From Flavobacteriales bacterium (lineage in GTDB: Bacteria > Bacteroidota > Bacteroidia > Flavobacteriales > Flavobacteriaceae): 64,000 nucleotides of DNA. The notes under the pieces were generated by a model. The model had not been told where the DNA came from. It worked only from the letters and a program-made list of their open reading frames with translations, and made no database searches. The stretch's first letter is position 1, and each line of letters opens with the position of its first letter. A program made the translations under genes and the position numbers. The stretch lies in the NCBI GenBank assembly GCA_027312065.1, contig DAICXR010000004.1:15756-79755 (forward strand). Direction: 5' to 3'. Shown here in pieces: positions 46,405 through 55,805 of the stretch.

Positions 46405-46839
46405 ATGGCAACAATCAATCCGTATTTAATTTTTAATGGCAATTGCGAAGCAGCATTTTTGTTTTATAAATTTGTTTTTGGAGGCGAATTTCCATACATT
46501 GGAAGGTTTAAAGATATGCCTGCGGGCGATAATACTCCTGAATTATCCGAAGAAGAAGGAAATAGAATCATGCACGTTTGCCTGCCTGTTGGCAAAGTCG
46601 TTTTAATGGGAAGCGATAGTAATTCGGCTAGTGGAGATGTGGTTTTTGGTGGAAATGTTTCTATTTCTGTTAATGTGGAAACTAAGGAAGAAGCCGATCG
46701 AATTTTTAACGGATTGTCAGCTGAAGGAAATCCATTTATGCCGATGGCGGATACTTTTTGGGGTGCCTATTTTGGGATGTTTGTTGATAAGTTTGGGGTA
46801 AACTGGATGGTAAATTTTGATAAAAACGAAAATCAATAA
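46405..46839 (+). CDS. VOC family protein (PhnB-like)
   Basis: 144 aa with INPYLIFNGNCEAAFLFYKFVFGG, IMHVCL and FGVNWMVN, all typical of PhnB-like proteins. Confidence 0.75.
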   Translation: MATINPYLIFNGNCEAAFLFYKFVFGGEFPYIGRFKDMPAGDNTPELSEEEGNRIMHVCLPVGKVVLMGSDSNSASGDVVFGGNVSISVNVETKEEADRIFNGLSAEGNPFMPMADTFWGAYFGMFVDKFGVNWMVNFDKNENQ

Positions 46840-46841
46840 GT

Positions 46842-47372
46842 ATGAGAATCATTAAAAGAATAGTATTCGGAATTGTAGCTTTTATTGTTTTACTTTTAGT
46901 TGTGGCTTTGTTTATACCAAAGGATTACACCGTTTCGGTTTCAACCACTATTGATAAACCAAAGTCAGAGGTTTTTGATTATGTGAAACAAATTAAAAAT
47001 CAAGAGAAATACAGCATTTGGGTTATGCAGGATCCTAATATTGTAATGGATTATCAAGGAACAGACGGAACTGTAGGTTTTAAAGCTTCATGGAATAGTA
47101 AGGACGATAATGTGGGCGAAGGTTCGCAGCAGATTACAGCTATTACTGATGGACGAATTGACGTTGACTTGCATTTTGAACGACCAATGAAAGGTGATGA
47201 AAAAGCCGCCACAATTGTTGAAGCAGTTTCAGAAAATCAAACTAAAGTTACATCTGAATTTTACGGACATTCCGATTATCCAATGAATCTAATGTCTGTT
47301 ATAGGGAAGAAATTTATCACCGATGCACAAACTCAAAACTTAGCGAATTTGAAGAAAATTTTGGAAGAATAA
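46842..47372 (+). CDS. Membrane-anchored SRPBCC (polyketide-cyclase-like) protein
   Basis: 176 aa with an N-terminal TM helix. Starts 2 nt after the upstream stop. Confidence 0.55.
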   Translation: MRIIKRIVFGIVAFIVLLLVVALFIPKDYTVSVSTTIDKPKSEVFDYVKQIKNQEKYSIWVMQDPNIVMDYQGTDGTVGFKASWNSKDDNVGEGSQQITAITDGRIDVDLHFERPMKGDEKAATIVEAVSENQTKVTSEFYGHSDYPMNLMSVIGKKFITDAQTQNLANLKKILEE

Positions 47373-47396
47373 TTTTTCTGTAAAATTTATAGTTCA

Positions 47397-47426
47397 AAAC
47401 CTTAATTCTGTGAGTTAAGGGTTTTT
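47397..47426. terminator. Terminator hairpin shared by convergent genes
   Basis: Hairpin AAAACCTTAA-ttctgtga-GTTAAGGGTTTT followed by a T-run. Confidence 0.7.
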
Positions 47427-48953
47427 TTATAAAATTACTTTTTCCTGCATATTTTTCAACTGTTCCAGATAATCTCTTTCATTGGATAATCTCGGAATTT
47501 TATGTTGACCACCTAATTTGTTGTTGTCTTTTAGCCAATCGTAAAATAAATTTTCTCTGGCTACATTGATTACCAAAGGATTTAGCGTCATGTTGTTATA
47601 ACGTTTGGCTTCGTAATCGGAATTTAGAGATTGTAAGGTTTCATCCAGCGCTTGTTGGAAAACAGCCATGTCATCTGGTTTTTTCTTGAACTCAATCATC
47701 CATTCGTGTGCTCCTTTTTCTTTTTCTCTCATAAAAATTGGAGCAACTGTATATTCTACTATTTCAGAATGAGTAATTTGGCAGGCTTTAGCTAAAGCTT
47801 GATCGGTATTCTCGATCATTAGTTCTTCGCCAAAAACATTAATATGGTGTTTAGTTCTTCCACTCACTTTAATTCGGTATGGATTTAAAGAGGTAAAACG
47901 AACCGTGTCTCCCACTAAATAACGGAATAATCCCGAATTAGTAGTAATAACCACAGCGTAGTTTTTATTCAATTCTACATCGGCTAAACGGATGGTTTTT
48001 TGATTTAGAGTTCCAAAAGTATCCATTGGAATAAATTCGTAGAAAATTCCATAATCCAGCATCAACAATAAATCGCTGGAATGATTTTGATCCTGAATGG
48101 CAAAAAAACCTTCAGAAGCATTGTATATTTCGTAATATTTGAATTCTTTTTTAGGAAGTATATTTTTGTATTGTTCGCGGTATGGATTAAAACTCACGCC
48201 ACCATGAAAATAAACTTCTAGATTAGGCCAAATTTCGAATAAATCTCCCTTGCCAGTTTCTTCGAGCATTCTGTTCATTAAAACCAACATCCACGAAGGA
48301 ACGCCGGCAAAACTTGTCACATTTTCTCTTTTTGTTTCGTTGATAATGGCAGCCATTTTAGATTCCCATTCGCTCATTAACGAAATTTTATTGCTTGGTG
48401 TGCTACTGAATTCAGCCCAAATAGGCATATTTTCGATTAAAATAGCCGACAAGTCACCAAAAAAACTATTATTGTCTTCATAAATTTGAGAACTTCCGCC
48501 CAGACGCAAACTTTTACCAGTAAAAAGCTCTGAGTTTTCGTTGTTGTTTAAATACAAGCACAACAAATCTTTACTGCCTTTGTAATGACAATCTTCTAAG
48601 GCTTCATTGCTTACAGGGATAAATTTGCTTTTTGCATTGGTTGTTCCGCTAGATTTTGCAAACCATTTAATAGGCGATTCCCAAAAAACATTTTGTTCTC
48701 CCTGGCGGGTTCTTTCGATTAAAGGTTGCAATTCTTCGTAGGTAGAAATCGGAATTCTTTCGGCAAAAGTAGCATAGGAATTTATCGAAGCATAATCGTA
48801 TTTTCTGCCTAAAACCGTATTTTTTGCAGCAGCAATTAAATTCATAAGTAACTCTTCCTGAACCTCGTTTGGGTATTTTACGAAAAGTTCAATTTGATGG
48901 ATTCGTTGTTTTAAAACCCATGAGGCAAATGAATTGATTAATTGTTTTGGCAT
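47427..48953 (-). CDS. GH3-family (auxin-responsive-promoter family) acyl-acid amido synthetase-like adenylating enzyme
   Basis: 508 aa with FAKSSGTTNAKSKFIP (the SSGTT adenylation P-loop), NASEGFFA and FRYLVGDTV. Confidence 0.85.
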   Translation of the reverse strand: MPKQLINSFASWVLKQRIHQIELFVKYPNEVQEELLMNLIAAAKNTVLGRKYDYASINSYATFAERIPISTYEELQPLIERTRQGEQNVFWESPIKWFAKSSGTTNAKSKFIPVSNEALEDCHYKGSKDLLCLYLNNNENSELFTGKSLRLGGSSQIYEDNNSFFGDLSAILIENMPIWAEFSSTPSNKISLMSEWESKMAAIINETKRENVTSFAGVPSWMLVLMNRMLEETGKGDLFEIWPNLEVYFHGGVSFNPYREQYKNILPKKEFKYYEIYNASEGFFAIQDQNHSSDLLLMLDYGIFYEFIPMDTFGTLNQKTIRLADVELNKNYAVVITTNSGLFRYLVGDTVRFTSLNPYRIKVSGRTKHHINVFGEELMIENTDQALAKACQITHSEIVEYTVAPIFMREKEKGAHEWMIEFKKKPDDMAVFQQALDETLQSLNSDYEAKRYNNMTLNPLVINVARENLFYDWLKDNNKLGGQHKIPRLSNERDYLEQLKNMQEKVIL

Positions 48954-49049
48954 TTTTAAAAAATAGGGTTATGAAATTTACCTTAGGAATAATAACTTTA
49001 CCAAAAATAGGAAAATTTACGAAACATCAAACTTTAAAAACTAATCTTA

Positions 49050-49844
49050 ATGCAATACGAAGGAGTACTTACTAAAATGGAAACCGAATACGGAAATCCT
49101 ATTCAATATTATTTGGTTTTTGAAGATAGTTTTTTGAATGTAAACCAGCTGTTAGATAAAAATATTGCTATTAATTTTGTAGGGTTCCAATGTTTGAATT
49201 GTAGCAAAAAAAAGAAAATTTATCGACAAGGTTTTTGTTACGATTGTTTTTATTCCAGTGCTGCTGTGGGCGATTGGATTATGAAACCCGAGCTGAGTAC
49301 GGCGCATTTAGGAATTGCTGATAGAGATTTGGCTTATGAAGAAAAGGTGCAATTACAACCTCATATTGTTTATTTGGCTTTGTCTAGTGAGATAAAAGTG
49401 GGTGTGACACGCAAAACTCAAGTGCCAACAAGATGGATTGATCAAGGAGCAAACGAAGCGATTGCTATTGTAGAAGTACCCAATCGATATTTAGCTGGAA
49501 TTACCGAGGTAGCTTTAAAAAATCATTATGCTGATAAAACCAATTGGCGTAAAATGCTAACCAATGATATAGAAGCTGTAGATTTGGTTGCCGAACGATT
49601 GAAATTAGAAAATTTGATTCCAGCTGAAGTTCAGGAATATTTTTATTTAGATAAAAATGATTTGTACCAAATGGAATATCCTGTTTTACAGTTTCCTTCT
49701 AAAGTAAAAAGTTTGAGTTTAGACAAAACACCGAGTTTTGAAGGGAAATTAACTGGAATAAAAGGACAGTATTTGTTGTTTGAAGATGGAACGGTTTTTA
49801 ATGTTCGTGGTTCGGAAGGGTATGTGGTGAGGATTTTGGTGTGA
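49050..49844 (+). CDS. DUF2797-like protein with a Cys4 zinc ribbon
   Basis: 264 aa with CLNCSKKKKIYRQGFCYDCF and VGVTRKTQVPTRWIDQGA. Transcribed divergently from the GH3 gene. Confidence 0.65.
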   Translation: MQYEGVLTKMETEYGNPIQYYLVFEDSFLNVNQLLDKNIAINFVGFQCLNCSKKKKIYRQGFCYDCFYSSAAVGDWIMKPELSTAHLGIADRDLAYEEKVQLQPHIVYLALSSEIKVGVTRKTQVPTRWIDQGANEAIAIVEVPNRYLAGITEVALKNHYADKTNWRKMLTNDIEAVDLVAERLKLENLIPAEVQEYFYLDKNDLYQMEYPVLQFPSKVKSLSLDKTPSFEGKLTGIKGQYLLFEDGTVFNVRGSEGYVVRILV

Positions 49845-49865
49845 AAATAATTAATTTAATTCAAT

Positions 49866-49908
49866 AAAAAAAAGGATGGATTTCAATAGAAATCCATCCT
49901 TTTTTTTA
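49866..49908. terminator. Bidirectional rho-independent terminator
   Basis: A8, hairpin GGATGGATTT-caatag-AAATCCATCC, then T8. Confidence 0.85.
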
Positions 49909-49918
49909 TTGAATTAAA

Positions 49919-52579
49919 TTAATTCGCTTTAGTTGTATCCGCAACTTTTTTCTTTTTGTTGAATAAACCGTTTAATAAGTCGGTAGCCTTTGCTTTTACT
50001 TCCTCTTTAGCTTTAGTTTGTGCTTCTGCTTTGGTGGCAGGAATACTTGTTTTAGTAGTGTCTCCTGCTTTTTTGTTTTTATTGATAATATCGGTTAAGG
50101 CTGAGGTTCCTTTATTCACTAGTTTCGTTTTTTGTTGCTGAATCAACTGATTGGTTAAGTTGGTCGCCGCAGTTTTTAAATCGGTTGTGATTTTAGGTTT
50201 CGAAAAGCTACCTGTTAAAATGGCATTAATCGGAATGTTTTCCAGTTTTTGAGCATCGGCAGCAGATAATTTTGAAATTAACGCATTGGCTTCTGTTCCC
50301 AGATATTTGGCAGGAACATTGAATTTGATGTTGTAATTCATGCTTTGGTCAAAACCATGCGACCCACCAACGGTAGCTTGAATATCCTGGTATTTGATAT
50401 TGAAAGGTTTTACGTTTACTTTTCCGTCTTTGAAGGAAATAGCCGCTTTCAAATCATTCAAATTAATTTTACTCATATCTAAGAACTTGACGTTTGAAGT
50501 CAGAGCTGTCAAAAGTGTCGAATTACTGGAATTGATGGTAGTAGAAAGAAACTGTCCTAATAAATCTCCGGTGATGGTTTTTAAATCGGGAGTGAGTTCG
50601 TTTGTATCCAAATTTCCATTTAATTTAATGGTAGAGTTAATTTTACCGTTAACAATTCCGGCAATAGGAGCCAGTTTTTTAAGCATGTCTAATTGGGTAA
50701 AAGACTGTGCAATATCTACTTGAGTTAAACCTAAATTCATATCGAATGTTGGAGTTTTTTCTTTGGTAGAAACCGAACCATTTAATCCGATAGAGCCATC
50801 AAAAATGTTCGTTTTAATATTCTCCATTGTTAGTTTTTCGTCTTTAACAATTAATTTTCCGGAAACATTTTTTAGGGTTAAATTGTCGTATAAAACCGTA
50901 TTGGCTTTTGCGGTAAGCGTACAATCTAAGAAAGCAGGGATTTTCATTGCCTCTGTTTTCTTTGGTTTTGTATTGTCGGTTGCTGTGCTTGTTGTTTCTG
51001 TTTTTGGTTTATCCTCAGAAGTTACAAAATCATTAACCGCTAATTGATTTGATGTCAAGTTGAAATTCCCTTGCAAGTTTTGATTCTTAAATATAAATCC
51101 GTAGAAATTTTCTAAAACACCCGTAACATTCAAATCACTTTTTCCAGTCGAAGCATTGAATTGTTTTAAGTTCACTCGTGACGGATTAAATACAATGACA
51201 GCATTGCTAATGTTCATCGATTTGCCGTTTTCATCGGTATATTTAAAACCAGATAAGCTCATTGTACCCGCATTATTGATGTTTTGGTACTGACTTTTTT
51301 CTACCGATTGCATGTCAAATTTGTTAGTCACATCGGCTTTTAAGACTCCACTTAACGGTTTGTCCAGTTTGATAGGATAGGCTTTTGATAAGTTTCCTAA
51401 GTTGATTGTTCCTTTTAATGCAGCATCAACAATGGCGTTTTGGGTGACGTTTTTAATGTTGGCCTTTGCATTAAAAACATCCTGATCAATGCGGAAAGAA
51501 AGCTTGTCTAAATTGACATAAGTATCGTTTAGAATTCCCGTTTGATTGATAATTTTAGTATCTATAACAATGTTTTGAACCGATTTAGGCAAATTAGGAT
51601 ACTGAAAAGAAGCATTGTTGGATGCAATTTCAATGTTGAATTTAGGTACTGTGGTGTCCGAATACAATCCTTTGGCAAAACCAGCAACGGTAAAATCTCC
51701 CGTAGTTTTTACATTGTCTAAACTGGCAGTATAAGCAGCAGGAATAACACCTAAGAAATTTTTAAAGGAAGATGTAGGCGTTTTGAATTTCAAGTCGTAT
51801 TCCTGACCCGCATCGACTAATTGAATAAAACCGTCAAATTCTAATGGCAATTGGTTGATTAAAGCCTTGTTTTCTTTAAAAGTGTATTTGCTTTTTTCTA
51901 AATCAATTCCTAAAACGGCGTCCAGCGTCAAGGCTACATGGTTCATGTAATTGACCTTGTCCATATCCAGACTTATTTTGGCCGTTGATTTAGTATCCAA
52001 ATCTAATTTGGAAGCAGCAAAATCTCCGGTTCCTTCGTGATTCAGGCTGTCGATAAGCATTTTTATTTTCGAACTTTCATCAAAATATCTGAACTGAAAA
52101 TTTTCCAGTTTGTAATTCTGAATATTAAGAGCAAGCGGTTTGCTTTTTGAATCATCAGTAGAAGTTTTATTGTCTTTTATGGCAATATCATAATTTCCAA
52201 TCCCGTCTTTGTTGAAAATAATATTGATTAAACCGTCTTTAGAGCTGATTCCGTCAATATTTATGGGTTCATTATCGCCTTTAAAAAGTTCTTTCACAGA
52301 CATTTTTAAATTCAATTCGCCTAATGAAACTAAGGTGTCACCTTCAAAAGGTGCTTTGTTGATGATGGCTAATTTTTCGATAGTTACATTAGCATTGGGG
52401 AAGTTTTTAAACAAACTCAAATCGGCATCGGCAAAACTGACTTTGGCATCTACTTTTTGATTGATGACGGCAATAATTTTAGCTTTTATCTGATCCTTAA
52501 AAAAATAAGGAATAGCAAATAAGGATCCTGCTAATAATAGGAAAATAGCTCCTGTGATGATGATTATTTTTTTTAACAT
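49919..52579 (-). CDS. AsmA-family outer-membrane biogenesis protein
   Basis: 886 aa with an N-terminal anchor (IIIITGAIFLLLAGSLFAIPYF). Long beta-rich repetitive body and a Lys-rich tail. Confidence 0.7.
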   Translation of the reverse strand: MLKKIIIITGAIFLLLAGSLFAIPYFFKDQIKAKIIAVINQKVDAKVSFADADLSLFKNFPNANVTIEKLAIINKAPFEGDTLVSLGELNLKMSVKELFKGDNEPINIDGISSKDGLINIIFNKDGIGNYDIAIKDNKTSTDDSKSKPLALNIQNYKLENFQFRYFDESSKIKMLIDSLNHEGTGDFAASKLDLDTKSTAKISLDMDKVNYMNHVALTLDAVLGIDLEKSKYTFKENKALINQLPLEFDGFIQLVDAGQEYDLKFKTPTSSFKNFLGVIPAAYTASLDNVKTTGDFTVAGFAKGLYSDTTVPKFNIEIASNNASFQYPNLPKSVQNIVIDTKIINQTGILNDTYVNLDKLSFRIDQDVFNAKANIKNVTQNAIVDAALKGTINLGNLSKAYPIKLDKPLSGVLKADVTNKFDMQSVEKSQYQNINNAGTMSLSGFKYTDENGKSMNISNAVIVFNPSRVNLKQFNASTGKSDLNVTGVLENFYGFIFKNQNLQGNFNLTSNQLAVNDFVTSEDKPKTETTSTATDNTKPKKTEAMKIPAFLDCTLTAKANTVLYDNLTLKNVSGKLIVKDEKLTMENIKTNIFDGSIGLNGSVSTKEKTPTFDMNLGLTQVDIAQSFTQLDMLKKLAPIAGIVNGKINSTIKLNGNLDTNELTPDLKTITGDLLGQFLSTTINSSNSTLLTALTSNVKFLDMSKINLNDLKAAISFKDGKVNVKPFNIKYQDIQATVGGSHGFDQSMNYNIKFNVPAKYLGTEANALISKLSAADAQKLENIPINAILTGSFSKPKITTDLKTAATNLTNQLIQQQKTKLVNKGTSALTDIINKNKKAGDTTKTSIPATKAEAQTKAKEEVKAKATDLLNGLFNKKKKVADTTKAN

Positions 52580-52696
52580 GGCAATGGAATTTTCGTTTGA
52601 ATAAAGCTAATGTATTACAAAAATAGCGTATTAACTTAGAAGTACTTTATAATATTTTCATAATATGTTATATCTTTTTAGGCTGTTTTTGGGTAT

Positions 52697-52736
52697 AAAA
52701 AAGTCCGTTTGAGAGTGATTCAAACGGACTTTTATA
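52697..52736 (-). terminator. Rho-independent terminator after sppA
   Basis: Hairpin AGTCCGTTTGA-gagtgat-TCAAACGGACT with flanking A and T runs. Confidence 0.75.
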
Positions 52737-52757
52737 GAATGATTTTTTTTATGATTT

Positions 52758-54518
52758 TTAATAAATCGAAATTTCAAATGGCATCATGGCCTGGATTCCT
52801 TTTCGGGATTGGATTTTTTTTATTTGTTGTAATAATTCATAATTTTCAATACCAATTTCTTCTTTTATGATGTTTTGCTTAGAGCTGCCAAAAGGAAATT
52901 GAGCAAATAGTTCATCAAAATCTTTTTCGTATTCAGGGTAATTTTTAGTGGTGTAGTTTGTGGTTTTAGACAAACGAGCTGCTTCGACAATAGCTGCATT
53001 TAATCCGCCAATTTTATCTACAAGACCAATTTTTAGCGCTTCGGAACCTGACCAAACTCTTCCTTGAGCAATAGAATCTACGGCCGCAAAATTCATTTTT
53101 CGACCTTCGGCAACGTGACTTACAAAGGTTTTATAAATGTGTTCAATTCCTTCTAAGGTAACGACTTTAAAGTTTTCGTTCATGGGTACAAAAGGACTAT
53201 AATCGGCTGCATTTTCATGTGTTTTTACTTGTTCTATATTAATTCCTATCTTTTTTGTCAACTGACTAAAATTGGGTAAAATCCCAAAAACACCTATAGA
53301 GCCTGTAATCGTGTTGTTTTGGGCAAAAATTGTATTGGCATTACAAGCCATGTAATAACCTCCTGAAGCAGCATAATTCCCCATAGAAACCACTACAGGT
53401 TTTACTTTTTTAGTTAATTCGATTTCTCTCCAAATCAAATCGGAGGTTAAAGCATTTCCTCCAGGACTGTCAATTCGAAGAACAATGGCTTTTACTTTTT
53501 TGTCTTTTCGAGCTTCTTGCAAAGAACGACGCATAGAACCTTCGCCAATGGTGTTTACATCGCCTTCGCCACTTTGGATTTCGCCTTGAGCGAAAATAAT
53601 AGCTATTTTATCATCGCTTTCGGAGACAATAGAAGTAGAAATCATCTTATTAGTGTAATCGCTGATGGAGATTTTGTTGTAATCTTTATCAGTACTCACT
53701 TTTAATGCTTTTTTGATGTCGTTATGATATACATCTTCGTAAGCAATATGGTCGATTAGTTTTTGGTTTTTAGCCATTTCGGGAGTTCTGGCCAATAAAC
53801 CATTTGCAATTTCGTTTAATTTGGTAGTTGAAATTTTTCTGCTTTTCGAAATTTCAATACAAACCGAATTCCAAATGGATTGTAGCAATGCAGTAGTTTG
53901 TTCTCTATTGGCCTCACTCATTTTATCTTCTAAAAAAGGTTCAACGGCACTTTTGTATTTTCCATGTCGAAGCACTTCCATTTTAACCCCAGTTTTCTCT
54001 TGTAAATCTTTGAAAAACATAATTTCAGAAGATAATCCTTTAAAGTCTAATTCGCCCACAGGATTCAAATAAATAGAATTGGCTACGGAGTTCAAATAAT
54101 ATTCTTTTTGCGAATAGCTATTGGCATAAGCCATGACAAATTTTCCTGATTTTTTGAAATTTTCTAAAGCATTTCGTAAATCTTTGCTTTGCGCCATTCC
54201 TAATTGGGAATTGTTGTTTAAAATAGAAATTCCTTTGATATTGTCGTCTATCGAAGCTACATCAATGGCATTGATAACATCCGAAAGACCGATATTTTTT
54301 TCTTCAGAAAAAAAACTCATCCACGGATCTTTGTATTTACCTGCATAATCAAATTTTACATCTTCAAGATTTAATTCGATTACAGAATTATTCTTAAGAG
54401 ATTCTCCTTCTGTTTCGCCACCAAAAAGTGCTGCGATAAAAATGATTCCGAAAAAAGATAACATTAAAAATACAAACAGACCTACAACAGTAGCGATGAC
54501 ATTGCTTAAAAATTTCAT
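52758..54518 (-). CDS. sppA: Signal peptide peptidase SppA, 67K type
   Basis: Start trimmed to MKFLSNVIATVVGLFVFL. Contains two S49 domains (RIDSPGGNALTSD and GNYAASGGYYMA). Confidence 0.9.
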   Translation of the reverse strand: MKFLSNVIATVVGLFVFLMLSFFGIIFIAALFGGETEGESLKNNSVIELNLEDVKFDYAGKYKDPWMSFFSEEKNIGLSDVINAIDVASIDDNIKGISILNNNSQLGMAQSKDLRNALENFKKSGKFVMAYANSYSQKEYYLNSVANSIYLNPVGELDFKGLSSEIMFFKDLQEKTGVKMEVLRHGKYKSAVEPFLEDKMSEANREQTTALLQSIWNSVCIEISKSRKISTTKLNEIANGLLARTPEMAKNQKLIDHIAYEDVYHNDIKKALKVSTDKDYNKISISDYTNKMISTSIVSESDDKIAIIFAQGEIQSGEGDVNTIGEGSMRRSLQEARKDKKVKAIVLRIDSPGGNALTSDLIWREIELTKKVKPVVVSMGNYAASGGYYMACNANTIFAQNNTITGSIGVFGILPNFSQLTKKIGINIEQVKTHENAADYSPFVPMNENFKVVTLEGIEHIYKTFVSHVAEGRKMNFAAVDSIAQGRVWSGSEALKIGLVDKIGGLNAAIVEAARLSKTTNYTTKNYPEYEKDFDELFAQFPFGSSKQNIIKEEIGIENYELLQQIKKIQSRKGIQAMMPFEISIY

Positions 54519-54642
54519 AATACGATGCTTTGATTTTGAGGGTAAAAGCAATCGGGTTCTTGTTTTTTGTCGAACTCGAATACAGACACTTTGTGCAAAT
54601 ATATTGCTATTTCTAAAATTCTTTAGTTAATTTGTGCTTAAT

Positions 54643-55779
54643 ATGAGAGCACAACATCAGGTTATTTTATCCATTGGCAGTAATCAAGGCGACCGACTAG
54701 AAGCAATAAAACACTGTATTGCATTACTGCATCAGGAAATAGGAACGGTAATCCAGGTTTCTAGAGTTTATGAAACCGCTGCCTGGGGATTTGATAGTGA
54801 TGCTTTTTACAATTGTGCCTTGGTTTTGCACAGTCATCTTTCGGCTCAGGAAGTGCTTTTGAAAGCGCTGGCAATCGAACAAAAATTAGGTCGTATTCGA
54901 CAAAGCGCAAGTGGATATCAATCCCGAATAATTGATATTGATTTAATAGCTTTTGATGAGGAAATTATCGAAACCAAAACGCTTACAATTCCACATCCAT
55001 TAATGCAAGATCGAAAGTTTGTTTTACTTCCTTTTCAGGATTTGGAAATAAATTGGAAGCATCCCATTTTAAATAAAACGATTTCCGAATTAGTAGTAAT
55101 TTCTTCAGATAAAGGAGATTGTGTAGCTGTAGCCGATTTAGAAAATCCGTTGGAACAAATTTCTTTTAAAAAAGGATTTTATATTGCTTTTGAAGGAAAT
55201 ATTGGAGCGGGAAAAACCACATTGGCCAATAAAATTTCAGAAGATTTCAATACCAAAACGCTTTTTGAACGTTTTGCTGAAAATTCGTTTTTGGAAAAAT
55301 TTTATAAAGATCAAGAGCGTTATGCTTTTCCGTTAGAATTATCGTTTTTGATTGACCGATACCAACAACTTTCAGGCAATCTGGCTTCGTACAATTTGCA
55401 AAAAGATAGTTTAGTAGCCGATTATCATGTTTTTAAATCTTTGATTTTTGCAAAAGTAACATTGGAAGAAGAAGAATATCAATTGTATAAAAACCTTTTT
55501 GAGATTATTTATAAAGAAATTCCAAAACCTGATTTGTATGTGTATTTGTTGCAACATCCAGAGCAATTATTAAAAAATATTCAGAAAAGAGGCCGAGATT
55601 ACGAACAAGAAATTTCGGTTGAATACCTAGAAAAAATCAATACTGCTTATTTGGATTACTTGAATTTGCAAACCGATTTGAATGTTCTGATTATTGATGT
55701 AACCAATAGAGATTTTGTAAGCAATCAATCGGATTATCTTTTTATTTTAGAAGAAATTCAAAAGAAAATTAGCCATTAA
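54643..55779 (+). CDS. folK: Bifunctional HPPK (FolK) / deoxynucleoside kinase fusion protein
   Basis: N-terminal ILSIGSNQGDR, AAWGF and IIDIDLIAF...IPHPLMQDRKFVLLP are HPPK motifs. The C-terminal P-loop AFEGNIGAGKTTLA and ERYAFPLELSFL match the dNK family. It is a single uninterrupted ORF. Confidence 0.8.
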   Translation: MRAQHQVILSIGSNQGDRLEAIKHCIALLHQEIGTVIQVSRVYETAAWGFDSDAFYNCALVLHSHLSAQEVLLKALAIEQKLGRIRQSASGYQSRIIDIDLIAFDEEIIETKTLTIPHPLMQDRKFVLLPFQDLEINWKHPILNKTISELVVISSDKGDCVAVADLENPLEQISFKKGFYIAFEGNIGAGKTTLANKISEDFNTKTLFERFAENSFLEKFYKDQERYAFPLELSFLIDRYQQLSGNLASYNLQKDSLVADYHVFKSLIFAKVTLEEEEYQLYKNLFEIIYKEIPKPDLYVYLLQHPEQLLKNIQKRGRDYEQEISVEYLEKINTAYLDYLNLQTDLNVLIIDVTNRDFVSNQSDYLFILEEIQKKISH

Positions 55780-55805
55780 GATTAACTGGTTTTTTTTGGA
55801 GAGGA

